A stretch of 52,140 nt of DNA, counting the filler, from Jimgerdemannia flammicorona (Eukaryota), in NCBI GenBank assembly GCA_003990765.1. It is 2 parts of 2 records of this genome, joined end to end, with 100 filler letters (N's around TTAATTAATTAA, not from the genome) between each part and the next. Parts side by side here need not be neighbours in the genome. Positions count along the whole stretch, not along the records: positions 1 to 26,023 come from RBNJ01000766.1; 1 more part is not named here. The stretch is one strand, 5' to 3'. The translations under genes were made by a program, and so were the position numbers. The notes under the pieces were generated by a model that ran no database searches, was not told the origin of the DNA, and was given only the letters and a program-made list of their open reading frames with translations. Below, one piece after another: positions 1 to 13,536 of this stretch (positions within the stretch are counted from its first letter, which is position 1; each line of letters begins with the position of its first letter).

Positions 1-40
<40 letters not shown>
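1..40 (+). repeat. Poly(A) tract, probably the tail of a retroelement lying upstream of the window
   Basis: 40 A residues. Similar tails end the retroelements at about 17246 and 45796. Confidence 0.5.
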
Positions 41-44
<4 letters not shown>

Positions 45-454
45 ACTTTAATTATTAATTACTTTCTATATAATTTTATATAACAAAATTTTGAAATACA
101 GATATTAACTATTATAATAGACAATGTCTCCAATAATATCACATTTCTCTCTATTTTGGCAATAAAACTTCAATAAAAAAATATAATCTTTGATACCAAT
201 AATAACTATATATAGTATCAAGCCCATGTTCTGAATCTTGCTGCTCAAGATTATCTCACACAACTATTCAGTGATTGAAGTGAAACTAGCAAGAGTTTTA
301 ATACTATTTCAAAGTTATATAAATTGATTGTTATAATTCGATCATCACTACTATAGCAAAAAAAACTTACTGAACAATATTTGGATATTAGTATATATTG
401 GAACTCAACATTTATGATGATTGAATGAGTACTAATACTTACTATAGTATATAG

Positions 455-1937
455 TATTATATAGTAGTTGCTGAGTCTTCAAATATATCAGATTCTCTTC
501 AAGATATATCTCTTAGACTAACTCAAGTTTGTTATAAGTAAGTTCTTATTAGAGTGCCTTTCTAAGGTCTTATAGTCCTCAAACTTCTTATCTTTAAACT
601 ATCTTATTATCTCTTAGATTTCTTGCAAGGAAGTGTATATATTATACTGAGAAGACTGACTTTATTTTAGAGGAAATAAGAGAGGTATTTATACAAAATA
701 TAATTCAATAGTTACTAAGATATAAAGCTAAATATAAATTCCAATAACTAAAACTACTAAGTTCCAAGGTCAGTTCTGATGGTTGTACAGATTCAGAATG
801 CTGGCATTATTCAGTATACTGGTGCTGGCATTATTCAGTATAACAAAGAACTTAGAGCAGAAAGTTCAGGATTATGGGGGCTTTATCTTTGTTATCACTG
901 AAGGAGATAAGATCTGCGAATTTGTCATCATCATCATGCAGATCACACATCCTGCATATGTCATACATTTCATATTCTTCAATGTTACATGAGATGACAT
1001 CATTACCAATAACATCATCATGTTCAGTGGCAGCAGGAATAAGGAGATCTGGAGCTCTCCAGTCTATGAGATTCTCTTCTACAAAATAGGAGACAAATGT
1101 GGGGTTTTGGGGAGGTCTAATCTGAATGCTTGGGCCTTGGAATACTGAGATCAATCCTTGCAGAAATTGGTCTGGGTTGTCCTGAAGGATGAGATACCAG
1201 AAGTCTTCTGCTTCATCACTATTGAGGGTGATAGTGAACTAGGCTTCTGTAGCCACCCTGGCTTCTAGTACATTGATATGGTGAGATAATAGATCTCTGA
1301 AATCTGAGACTCTAATATACTCCAAGTTGGAGATCAACCATAGTGCATGCCTGAAGATCTGATGGATCTTTTTAGCTGTCCTCATTTTGTATGTATATAT
1401 CTATGAGAGTAGCATCTTGTAGCTCTTGAGTGCTGGCCTGTGGGAACTCCTGGCAGAGGAGGTTTCCTATTTCATACTCCTGCCATATTTGGAGGCATTC
1501 AGTAGCAATGGTGATCCTGGTTTCCATTTTATGGTAGTAGAGAATATAGTGATAAGAGTCACCAGTACCCAGGTTGACACTAGGAGTCCTTCTTGAGTGG
1601 GTCCTCATAGCTCTTCTGATATCTTGGAATATCCTTTCTTTGACCAAGGTGTCTTGGTAATTCCTTGACCTTGAGGTTTGGCAGATAGCAGGCATTTTGT
1701 TTGTAGTAAGTCTTTGGGCTATTTTGGAATTAGTGGGTCTTGTTGGTTGCTATTACTGCAGTTCCTTGATCCTTCTTTTATATTCCCCAAGATACTCATA
1801 CTGTGGTCACAATGACTCACAGTTGGTCATCATTGCTCATCTCATATGTCATATAATCTCCTTATGCTTCAATCTGATAGCTTATAAGGAAAGGCTGTCT
1901 CCTGTACTGATGTCATTATTCTGAGATCACTGTTATA
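455..1937 (-). repeat. 3' LTR of the Gypsy element
   Basis: Aligns end to end with 13537-15025. Differences are mostly C/T and G/A transitions, and the TG..CA termini have decayed. Confidence 0.93.
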
Positions 1938-2349
1938 TCTTTCTCCTGAATAAGAATCTTCTTGAGCATCCTTATTCATTGGTCCAGTTCTGAAAAATTT
2001 GCTGATCCCATAACCTCTGGCAAGGGGTCAAAAAGTGGTATTTATAGGCTGGCATCTTCCCTTTGTATTTTGGTATAATGGTGAAGAGTCGCTCCCTTTA
2101 TATAGAACAAGGGTCTGATTCTGATCTTGACCAATCAGTTGACAGTTTGAACTTCTCTGACTTTGAAAGTCTTATGGATGAGTAGTTGCCAGTACTGTAT
2201 CTCTTAAAGAATAGTCTAGACAGATAGCCTGCTGGTTATAGGACATGCTGTTATGATTCACAGACTAGAACCTCATGGGTGGTCATCATGTTTTACTTCT
2301 CTTATATAGATTTGTGGTACTTCTTGAGTCTTTTCCTATGTACTGTAGT

Positions 2350-5300
2350 AGGCAGTATGGTCCTTGAGATTTTTTTAAGCCAGAAGGTGGTTCCCTTGAT
2401 ATCTTGCATATAGAAGGGTCCTTCCTATTTGGGCTCCAGTTTTCGTAACTATGAGGCTTCTACTATATTTCAATACAGTAGAACCTTTTCTCCAATTCAG
2501 ATGGGTTCTAGAGTCTTGTGATTCTTTTCTGCATTCTTCCTTGTCAGCACTTGTGACTTGGTGATATAATCTTCAGCCTTCTTCCTGATTTGGTGTAGTC
2601 TCTGGATTTCTGCATCAACTCATCTCCAAGTTAGGTCTAGATTTGTGGCTGAGATTCCATCAGAATCTTCTCTAAAGAGCAGTTCCCTTGGAGTAAAGTG
2701 TGTGCTCTGTGACTGTATATCTTATAGGACAGAGAGAGTAGTTGGGAGATAGTTATCCCAATTCTCATATGTCTCTGAGATCTTCACTAGAATGTTCTTG
2801 AGGGTCTTATTAGTTCTCTCTGTTTGTCTATTTCCTTGAGGGTGGTACATGGTGGTCTTGATGTACTGGATCTTATATTTCTGATACATTATCTTATGGA
2901 ATCCATTGACAAATTCCATACTGTGGTCTGTTGTGATTTGCTTTGGTGTCTTGTAGCAGCAAATAATTTCTCAGTGCAGAAAGTCAGCTATAGAGAGGGC
3001 ATTGGCTTCTTATAATGCTCCTGCCTCTATCCATTTGGTGAAGAGGTCTACAATAACTATAATATAGTAGTTTCCTGATAGTATTACTGGTAGTGATCTA
3101 ATAATATCCATTGCAATGTGGTGGAAGAGAATAGGCTCAATTCTTGATGACCCAGGTACTTGGTCTTACTGATCTTATTTCTGTTTTTAGTACTTGTTAC
3201 ACTCTTTGACAAATTGGCATAGGTCTTCTTCCATCTTAGGCCACTATATGGTTCTTCTTATCTTGTCATATATGTTGGTTCCTCCTAGGTATCCTTGCTC
3301 ATATACTTCCTTCATTACTTGATACTTCTTGTGTTTGAGTATTACTAGCTTTCCTCCTTTTCTGAGTATAGTGTTGTCTAGTTCAAACTATTTCCAAGTC
3401 CAGTTGATAATGGTGATTGTCCAGGGTTTGAGGTGGTTGGGCATCTTCTGCTGCCTAAGATAGCTGATTAATCCATAGTATAGCTCCTTATTCATGTTGA
3501 ATAGTCTTGATGGGGATGTTTTGAGATGTCCTTGAGAGTACATCAGCATTGGTATTGGTTCTTCCTGAGTGGTGCTTGATAGTGCAGTTATACTCTTGCA
3601 GTCTGTAGATCCATCTGGCATATATTCCTTTGGGGTTCAGGGTGTAGAATAGCCAGGCAAGAGTGGAATGGTCTGTTTAAATAGTGAAGTATTTCATAGC
3701 TAGGTAGTAGTAAAACTTGTCTACTACCCAAACTACTGCTAAGCATTCAAGCTTGCATAACTCATAGTTCTGTTCTGCTCCATGGGTACCTTGGCTTGTG
3801 TAGGAGATGATATATTCATATCCATCTTTCTTCTGAGCTAGGACTGCTCCAAGTCCTATAGTACTTATATCTGTCTGCAGGATGAATTCTAGGTTCCAGT
3901 CTGGTCTTCTGAGGATAGATGCTTGGGTCAACCTGGTCTTGAGTTTATTGAAGATTTCTTGGTACTCCTTAGTCCATTCAAATTTTGTTTCCTTCTTCAG
4001 TAGCTTGTAGATAGATACTGTGATGTTAGAGTATCCTTTGATAAATCTTCTGTAGTAGCTGGCCAGTCCAAGGAAGGCATGGACTTCTGTGATTGTTCTG
4101 AGTCTTGGGTAGACTGCAACAGCCTCAATCTTCATGGAGTCTGTGTAGATTCCAGTCTGGTTGATGAGGTGTCCTAGGTAAGCAATTTCTTGAGCTGCAA
4201 ACTTGCATTTCTTGGGCTTGATATAGAGGCCATGCTCCTTGAGCTTCTTGAGGGCTAGCTGTATGTGATTGATATATTCCTGTATAGTGTTGCTAAAGAT
4301 GATCATATCATCAACATAGACAAAGAGCCATTTTCCAATCTTATTACAGAAGACTCTATTCATCATTTGCTGGAAACTTGCTAGGGCATTGCACATTCCA
4401 AATAGTATTCACAGGTAGATATAGGTGGCATCAGGTATGATGAAGGCTGATTTCTCACTGGTATCTTGAGTGAGATCAATCTGATGGAAGCCTGAGAACA
4501 GATCCAAGATAGTGTAGTATTTGGCTTTACTTCCAAGGGTAGTAAGGATTTCTTAAATATTTAGCAAGGGCTGCTTATTCTTCTTGGTGATAGTATTGAG
4601 CTTCCTGTAATCAATGCAAAGTCTTGGTGCAAACTCTCCAGGCTTGCTTTCTTTCTTCAGGACAAGGACAATGGGTGAGGTCCAGAGGCTGATAGCTTGC
4701 TTGATGATTCTAGCTTCTTCCATTTCCTTGAGTTCTGCTTGCAGCCATTCTCTGTAGGCAGGTGGTATGGGTCTGGCTTTCTGATAGATGGGCTTGGTAT
4801 CACTAGTGTCAACCTCATGATAGTACTTGGGTTCTTGATTGTGGATATCCCTAAAGTCTGTAGCAAGTACTCCTTTGTTTTGGTGCAGGATCTTGAGAAG
4901 TTGTTCCTCCAGAGGAAAGTTTTCTCCAATGATATATGTGTGCTTATTCTGGTTCTTGTCTTTCTTGTGTTCAAGTTTGATAATCTTGGTGGTGGCATAG
5001 GCTCTTCTTCCAGTAGATCTAAAGCCTTGTTCTTCTCTCTTGGTCTTGATGAGTTTGATGGCTTCTATGATCTTGGGCTTCTTGATTTTGTAGATCAGCA
5101 TTTGGCCAATCCTATCATACTTCTTGACTTTGAAGGGGGTGATGTGGTTGTGATTTCTGACTATGAAGAAGATCTTGTCAGTGTAATCAGGGTCAATTAC
5201 TCCTCCTTCAACTGAGATTTCACTTTTGGCCAGACTGCTCCTGGTCTTGATAATTTCAACATGGTTCTCTAACAGCTTGACTTCAATTTCAGTACCAAGT

Positions 5301-6340
5301 AGGGTAGTGGTCTGTGGTTTGAGGGTAACATCTTGAATGCTGGTAAGGTCTATTCCTATAGCTCCTTCAGTCTTGTATTCTAGGATCTTGGCTTTGGGGT
5401 GAAACTTCTTGACTTTGAGAGTGATGTCTGATTCTTGTTCCTCCTCATCATCACTGTCAGCCTAAAGCTCTAGGGACTGGTCATCTTCTTCAGCTTTTGT
5501 TTTTGCTTCAGTGGCTTCTTGCTCATATTTCTGTTGGCAGATTTTCCTGACTTCACTGATACAGGACCAGTAGTCATTCAGGTATTCAGAGCAGTACATC
5601 CTAGTACTATGAGGGCATCTTTCTTGAGGGACATAGCCATCAATGATCTTGTTGTATCACTGCTCATCTGTGAGCTTGGATGTCTTGTTCTTGTTCTTAT
5701 TCACTGAGTGTATGAAGACCTCTGTATCCTCTTCATCTCCTTCCTCTATGTCTAGTAGAACTCCTTTATGGACATTGATAGAGACTCATACCTTTCTTCC
5801 TCTATAGTTGATCTGCATCTTCTGGGCATTGAGGTCAATGATGGCCTTGGCCTTGTGAAGCTATTGGTTACCAATGGGAATATTATAGTTGGTGGTACTT
5901 GTAACAATCACATCTACTGGGATGGTAGCTCCTCCTATCTTGATGGGGACTTCTCGGATTTTGCCAAGGGGGGTAGCTCATATACTATCTACTGTAATAT
6001 AGACCATCTTGGTAGACTCTTCAATGTCCCAATCTAGGCAGTCAATTGCCTTCTTACTCATGAGACATCCTCTAGTACTGGTATCAATGATGGCATCAAA
6101 GATACAGTCTTTGATCTGACATGAGGTATAGGCTGATGTCTTGCACTGGTCTTTGGATTCTTTATCTGAGTTTTCAGATTCTTCCTGTGCATTGTGAGCT
6201 TCTATAATCTTGTACTCTTGATTCTTGGCAGTAGTTACAAGTTCTACTCTCAACTGCTATCTGAAGGCAGAGACTTCAGCTAGTTGTCCAAAAGTAGTAT
6301 TGATCTTCTGTTCCTTAAGGTCCTTGTAGATATCATACTT
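2350..6340 (-). pseudogene. Gypsy pol: aspartic protease, dUTPase, reverse transcriptase, RNase H, integrase; multiple stops
   Basis: AIIDTS (PR), RLCIDYRKLN, YVDDMII (RT), FLGLASYYRRFI, ILQTDIS (RH), YHPQGNRQTERTNKTLK (IN). Confidence 0.93.
5009..5425 (-). pseudogene. dUTPase domain inside Gypsy pol, between PR and RT
   Basis: In frame with ORF 4553-5101: VKKFHPKAKI, GAIGIDL, RSSLAK, GGVIDPDYT, DRIGQML, REEQGFRSTG. These correspond to all five trimeric dUTPase motifs. Confidence 0.9.
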
Positions 6341-6369
6341 GTGAATCTTGGTCTTATACAGCTTCTATT

Positions 6370-9300
6370 TTTATTTTTTAGTCACTTGGACTCCGTCTTT
6401 ATTACCAGTCTACAAATAAGTATACAATATCACTACCCACTAACCGATCCCCATAGGGGGGCCCCTCCCTACCTCTTCCCATATAAAGACCACTCTCTCA
6501 CTAATGACTCCAACCCTCCCACCACTCTGACCACAGATTTTCACCACCAAGTGGTGCCTCCGACCCCCCTGCAGCCCCCAACCAAGCCACCAGCCTGTCA
6601 AGATGTTCTCCATAAGATACTGCCACCATGATACCCAGCTCCCCAAGCTCTGTCACCTCTCCTCCTCAAATACAAATAGCCAGTAACTGGCCAGCCCAAC
6701 CCAAATAGCCAATGCCCAGCCTAAAGTAATCCACTCCACTCCTACTCCTCCTATCAGTCAATCCCTCAGGTCCTCTCACCTTCCCTGTATATCATCACCC
6801 CTATACCTCACTCCCAAGCAGTCCCCAATGGCCTACCAAAAGTCTCCCAACACCTCACACTCCCCTAGCCAATGTTCTGGCATCTGTACAAATCCCCCTT
6901 CCTGCCCTACATTATGGCACTCCTCATAGTTGAAGTAGCCCCCTATGACAAGGTGTCCTGAGCAGAAATTAAGCATTACATTCCTCTCAGCACGTGCCAC
7001 CAGACCACCCAGTACTTTGGCGGCATCTATTTCTTCACTGTAGCACTCCAGATCCAAACCCTATGCCAGTCCCACTCCTCTCCAATTCCAACTCCTTGCC
7101 AACCACTAGGCCACAGATCCTGGCCTAGCCCCCTTTGGCATTCTACTCTATCACCAATGTTGAACTCAGGTAAAGGTACTCCACCCAGTAGAATGCCATC
7201 CCATCTCCACATCGCCAGGCCCCAAGCCCTCTCCCCCTCATTCCCTTGCCAGTGAATACCAATGTAGTGTGCCCCCTCTGCTATCCCCCACCAGAAGCCT
7301 TTATATCGCAGTTGTGCAGTGTTCTGAAGTCCAACTAATGAAAGAAGATCACCAGTCAAGCCTCTTGGTGATGACCACCTCTCTCAGACCTTCTGCAGCA
7401 GGGGAACCCAACCCCCTCCATGCAACTCCACTGCCCTCTTAAGCCACCATACCCACAAGCAGTGTAGTTGTTTGGGGAAGTCCACCAGCCCAAGGCCACC
7501 TCTCGCCACCAGTAGGGACAAAGTCTCCCAACTAATCTGACTCTGTCCGCCAGCCCAAATCTATCCCTTGGCCACCTTCACCAATCTCTTCACCACCCAG
7601 GCTGGGAAGTCCAGATAATAAGCCAAATACCACAGCTTCGGCAGCCAGTATATATTCAGAATCGAGATCCTTCCTGCCAGAGAGAAGTGTCTTCCTCCCC
7701 AACCCTGCAGGTCCTTCTCCCAAATTCCAACCCTCTGCTCCCACCACAGCCTGGGCAGAACAGACCTATAAACCAACAAATAGATGTCCAAGTACTGCAC
7801 TGCCTCTCTGGTGGGGAGAATTGTTCCAATAATCTCTCCTCCCACCAGACCATTGCCCAGCACCATTGTTTCACACTTGTGCCAATTCAGCTTCACCCCA
7901 GAGTTCTCCTCATATCACTCCATGGTCTTTTTGAGCTCCTTGACATCAGTAATCACTCCCAAACCAACTGCCATATCATCCGCAAAGGCTCCAACTTTCC
8001 AGCCAACTCCATAGATAGAGAGCCCCACTATCCTCTGCTGAATTCTGTCCATTAGAGGTTCCAAAGAAAGAGCATACAAAATGGGGGACAATGGGTCCCC
8101 CTGGGGCACTCCCCTACCCAGAGAGAAAGCCACCCCTCTATGCCCATTACACAAGAGTGCAGTCCTACTCCCTTCCAGTAGGCTGACCATTGCTGACCGA
8201 AATGGGACTGGAACCCCAATTCTATCTAATACTTTCACCAGCCAGACTCTCCACACCCAGTCATAAGCCTTCTCCTGATCCAAGAAGACAAGACACCCAT
8301 CCAGTCCACAGGCTCTAGCACCTTCAATAACTCCATGTACCCACGCTGTACCATCTCTAATAAGCCAACCCCTGATGAAGCCCCTCTGCTCAACACCAAC
8401 AATTTGCTGGGCTACCTTCTGTAGCCTTGCGACCACCACCTTAGTCACCAACTTTTGGTCCATATCTAGTAACATTATCGGCTGCCAGTTCTTCCAATCC
8501 TCATGCCTTCCTTTGTTCTTATAAAGCAGCATCACCAGCCCAAGATCCTGCTCCCCCACCCATCTTCCTGACTGCAATATAAAATCACACAGTGCTGTCA
8601 TCTCCTCCATCATGCCCGGGACTCCAATCATTCGCTTCCAGAAGTCCCAGGGTAGGCCATCCTCCCCAGGTGCCATACCTGAGACTGTCACAGCAAGAAC
8701 CTGGTGGATCTCATCCTCCTTTACAGACATCCCCAGGTCACCTAGTCCCTCAGCTTATAGTGGGTGCCAATCCTCTAATGTTCAGTCAATGGCTATAGCC
8801 TCTGCCCCACCCTCCTCCTCACTCCACAATCCACTCCATTGCTCCTTCAGTGTTCCAAGGATATCCTGTACACCATGCACTAGTACACCATCCGAATCAA
8901 GTACCCCTTCCCACTGCTGCTGTACCCTTCTTGCTCAAAGTATCCTCATGAGAAACTTGGAAGGCCTCTCCCCTTCCTTCAGCCCCTGCCAATGAAGCTG
9001 TGCCACCAGGCCTTGCATTCTTGACTCTTCCTCTTCCCGCAGTACCTGTTGTAGTTCCCCAACCTCCATCTTTACCCTCATTATCCTCCAATCCTCTACT
9101 CCCTCCACTACTATCAGACTTACCCATTCCTCCAGGAGCCTAGCCAATCTAGTAGAAGCCCAATGCACTCTCTGCCTTCGCTACCTCCCAGCCTCTCTGC
9201 CAGCCTCGCTCCAGTACATCCTGGCCATCTCTTTCATCCTCACCCACCAAACCCCAATTGGGGTCCCTTCCTGCTGCCAGTTCTCCACCTTCAGCTGAAT

Positions 9301-12243
9301 GTCTTTCGCCCACTCCTCCCACCAGAACTCATCATCCATCAAGGAGGAATTTAGGCACCAATGTCCAGACCCATCACCACTTCCCCCAAAACACCCCTGT
9401 CTCAAAAGACCCCAGTGATCTGACCACAGACAACATTCCACCTCTAGCACCTTCCAAACATCACGGCCCCAACAGTTGGCTATCAGAATCCAGTCAATCC
9501 TTGTCCCCAGGCCTCCAGCCCAATGAGTATATACCCTCCTGTCCCCCCAGTACTCCCTACCAGTATCCATCAGTGCTCCTAGCCATTCGACTTCCTCCCA
9601 TATTGCCAGCCCCCCACTCCTGCTCTCAGCACTCCATCCTCCATCAGTTCTATCCAACTGTATATCCCAAACCATATTGAAGTCTCCACCAAGCATATCC
9701 ACCCCAGTCTCAGCAAGAATCCCACTCTTCTGGAGCTCTTTCACCCAATCCACATGCTCCCCCTGCATGGCAGAGCAGTAACAGGAGCCAACTGTGACTG
9801 GCTCCCAACCTGCACAAATTCACTTACCCCAGACCAGTCTCTCCCCCTAGCTCCTCACATTCCTTATCTCCCCTCTGCCTTTCCGAACTAGAATCCCAAC
9901 CTTGCTGTTCCAAATTGCCACATCACCCTATTCCTTTGTCCATTCCATCCTATCAGAATCATCCTCACACCTGATATCCTGCAAGAGGAAGAGATCGGCC
10001 TCCAATCCCTTCAGCCAAATAAAAATGTTCCTACATCTAACTGCTCCCCTTAGCCCATTCATGTTCAAAGAAAAAATGTTGATTGTACTATTCATAATGA
10101 AATACTGTTTGTTCTCAGTCGATCTCTACTGCTCTATGCTCATCTCCTCCTGTGCCATGTCCAGATTATGTTCTGCTATCACCTCCTCCTCTTCAGCCCT
10201 CTGAGCCTCCAATCCAGCCAACAGCTCATTCATCTCCTCATCAGCCTTCTTCTCAAACTCCTCTCTGTACTCAATGCAAGCCTCCTACCAGAGCTGCAAT
10301 CCATAATGCTTGTTCCAACAGTACTTAGCCCTTTCCCCAGTGATAACTGCCATCTCTGCCTCCCACTCTTTGTCCACCTCATATCCTTCCTCCTCCAAAT
10401 ACACCACAAGAATTTCCACCTTCAGTGCCATTGCCACTCCTTCCCCCTGCAAAATTCTCATCCAGTGCTCGTCACTCATTCCATATAAGTCCACCTCCCC
10501 CAACTCTTCTGCCACCAGGTTATTCATCATCTGGTACATCCAAAGTAAGTTTCCCACCTCCTTCCCTCCAGGGGTCACCAGCCTCCCTCTGTCCAGCATC
10601 ATGGTGTTAGCTCTGGTACTCGCATCCTCATCCCACACCTCCGGGACATCCACCAGTTCCTCCTCTCCGGCTGCCACTACTTGATCCCCACTCATCACCT
10701 CCAGAATACTGAATTTCACCTGCTGGGTCCCCAGCATTGTCACGTCCTCCCCAATCTTGTTTCTGGAAGCCGGGTCATACCTGATAAGAGGGGAAGGAGT
10801 GGGGGAGTTCTCCCAGACTTCATCCCAAACCTCCAAGATGCCATCAGCATATGGATCACTAATCTTCACCTCTTTTGCCTTCCCTGTCTCCACCCCATCA
10901 TCCCCACTCCTCTCGCCAGCCCAGATGCTCGCTCCAGCCCCTTCCGCACCTGTCTTCTTGCTCGCATCCTTCTGTGGTCCACTCCCCAGTTTAGCCAGCA
11001 GATCCTTCTGTCTCTTCTGCCCCTGAGCCCTTTCCCACTGCACCTTGTCCACTTGAATCCTCTTTCCATCCACCATCTCTAGGTATGTCGACTCCTCGAA
11101 AGTCTTCCAGGCCTTAGCTCACTGCTCCACAGCCCCATCCAGTTCCTTCAGCACTTCTAATAAATCCTCTTCCTCTTCTTCACTTCCTTTCACCCTTATC
11201 ACCTTGCACAGGATCACTCTCCAACCCATCACCGAAGGCCAGTCCCTCACCTTCCCAGTAGCCTCTTTCCCAGCCAGCTGAATCCTCACATCCACATCCC
11301 CAGTTCGGAGCGTAGTCCCTTCCCAGACCCTGAATCCGATATCCACCACCTCTCCATACTCTGTCATAACATCCTCTACTCTCTTTCTTGTCTCTATTGC
11401 CATCACCATGGGTACTCCTTTCACCAGCAGTTGGACCATCCTCGGATCCCATTTCAAACATCTCGCCATTGGTACACACACCTCCCCAACCACCAACCCA
11501 ACCTTCAGTACCTCCTCCAGCAGTTCAGCCTCCTCAAAACCCACTTCTACACCCTCTAGTCCCTTTAGAAATTTCACCAAAGCAGCTCCTGCCACCTGCT
11601 TAGCAATAAGCCCCAGCACCATTTTCACCATCACTGCTAAGCCCTGGAAGTACAGTGTAACCGCGAATGCTGAGATCGATTTCTTGAGTAACGGGGCCAC
11701 CACCAGGCCCATTACGCCATCCACCAAATCACCTTATCTTCTAAGCCCCAGCTGCTCAGCCTCGCCAACAGCCATCATATCTGGATTTTTTTCCAGATTA
11801 GCAGTCCCATCGCCATCAGCAGTCACACTCCCCCCAGCCACTACTCCCCCAGCTTCACTGCCCCCCCTTCCAAGGGCCACTCCCCCTCACCCTGCTGCCT
11901 TCTTGTTCTCCTTGCCCCTCCTCAGCCAGCCCTCCAGCCCTGATGCCTGCTGCCTCCCCTTCACCATCTCTGCAAAGCTCAACCTCCCAGACCCCTGACC
12001 TCTACCAGTACCTCCACCCCTTCCTTGTCCACCTGCCAGCAGCCCCCTTATGCTCCCTCCCAGGCCTGGGCCCCTCCCAACTTGCTGCTATTCGAAAGCA
12101 CTTGGGTCGCCCTGCCTAGTACACATCTCAGCTCGCCTATCAGTTGTCATGTTGTTAGTCTCTTTGCTCCAAAAACGATGTTATGAGTGCCTTCCAAAGG
12201 TTGTGTAACCTGAGTGGTACCAGAGAAAGATGTGTACTTGGTC
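6370..12243 (-). mobile_element. Full-length non-LTR retrotransposon (LINE, L1/Tx1-like) inserted into Gypsy gag; inactivated
   Basis: ORF1 about 12150-10100. ORF2 about 10095-6440 with APE (SLNMNGL, GGDFN, RIDW), RT (DQEKAYD, GVPQGDPLSP, FADD) and a C-terminal EHWLGEC. Short A-tail. ~29-bp TSD at 6341-6369 and 12244-12272. Confidence 0.93.
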
Positions 12244-13428
12244 ATGGATCTTGGTCTTGCATAGCTTCTGTTCCTTCTTGCTCTCACTTTCTCCTGAGAC
12301 TGGAGTAGTGTCTTCTATAATTTGGTAAACAGCTTCATCTAACTCCATGTCTTGGTCAATCTCCTCAGGTTGGGTCTTGCTTTGAATAGTGATAGCTGGG
12401 GTCTTCTTTGGTCTTCCAACTGGCTTACTGTTGCTCTTCCTGTCATAGGGCTTGGACTGGGTTCTGGTACCTTCAGTAGCAGGGTAGAATTCAAGCTCCT
12501 TGTAGTATTCTTCATCATCAGTGTCACCAATCTCCTCAATGACTACTGCATTGGTTTGTTCTCTGGTTCTGCTAGCATTGCTTAGTTGGGCTTTGTGTCT
12601 TGTTTCAGTCATGCAACTCTTTGTATAGTGGCCTTCTTCTCTACATCTGAAGCATGTAATATTGCATTCTTCTATAGCAGCTACAAATCTCTGCACTGGT
12701 CTCCTGTTGGTACTTTAGACTTCTCTAACAACATCACTAAGATATGCAGTCATCTCAGTAAACTGCTTGGCAAGTTCTTCCACTGGGTTAGCTTTGGCTG
12801 CCTTGGGAGTAAGTGGGGTTAGTTATCTGTTTACAACTGTGGTAGGTATAATACTAGTTGGCTTTGATGGCTCCATCTTAATGCCAGTTATTTTCTCCAT
12901 TAAGTGTTCAGCAGAGTGTCTGATAGTCCAATATCTCTGTGCAAAGACCACTTTCTGATCAAGGGTCAATGCAGCTGGGGTAGACCAGATTGCTAGGGCA
13001 ATTTCAGGGTAAACTCCTTTGAGGAAGGTTGAATCCACTATTTGTTCCTTAAGGTGGTCATCATAGCCAGCTAAGACAATCTGGTGGTAGATTCAGATAT
13101 AGAATGAGTTGGGATCTTTACTAAGTCTCTGGCAGATAGTATTAAGTTGATCCTTAAGAGCTTGCTTGATCTCTTCAGTATAATATGTTGTTCTGAGGAA
13201 GACCTTCATGTTGGCAAGTTTGGCTGCACCAGCATTAGTAATAGTGGCTGCATTAAACTTGTCTCTGGCAGATCCTCTGAGGCTGACTGATAGAAGGGTC
13301 AATTGTGCATCCACACCAAGAGCTTGTATAGTAGCAAATTGTTCAAAGTCTTCAATAAAGGTCAGGATTGACTCTTCAGTAGTATATTTATAGAATGTGG
13401 GAGGATATATTTCTATCTTATCTTGCAT
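12244..13428 (-). pseudogene. Gypsy gag with CCHC zinc knuckle, interrupted by the LINE
   Basis: Capsid-like SLRGSARDKF and CFRCREEGHYTKSC knuckle; in-frame stops. Confidence 0.88.
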
Positions 13429-13536
13429 TCTTGCAGGGGTGACTCTTGTAGTCAGAGTAGTTATTGTGGAGGTTATTTGTTTTTCAGCTTGAAAGTGAGG
13501 GATTCATCTTGAATTACCAGCCAATAGGTACCAAGT

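Noticed and set aside
6284..11998. Pro/Ser-rich plus-strand ORFs
   Set aside because: Antisense to the purine-rich LINE coding strand.
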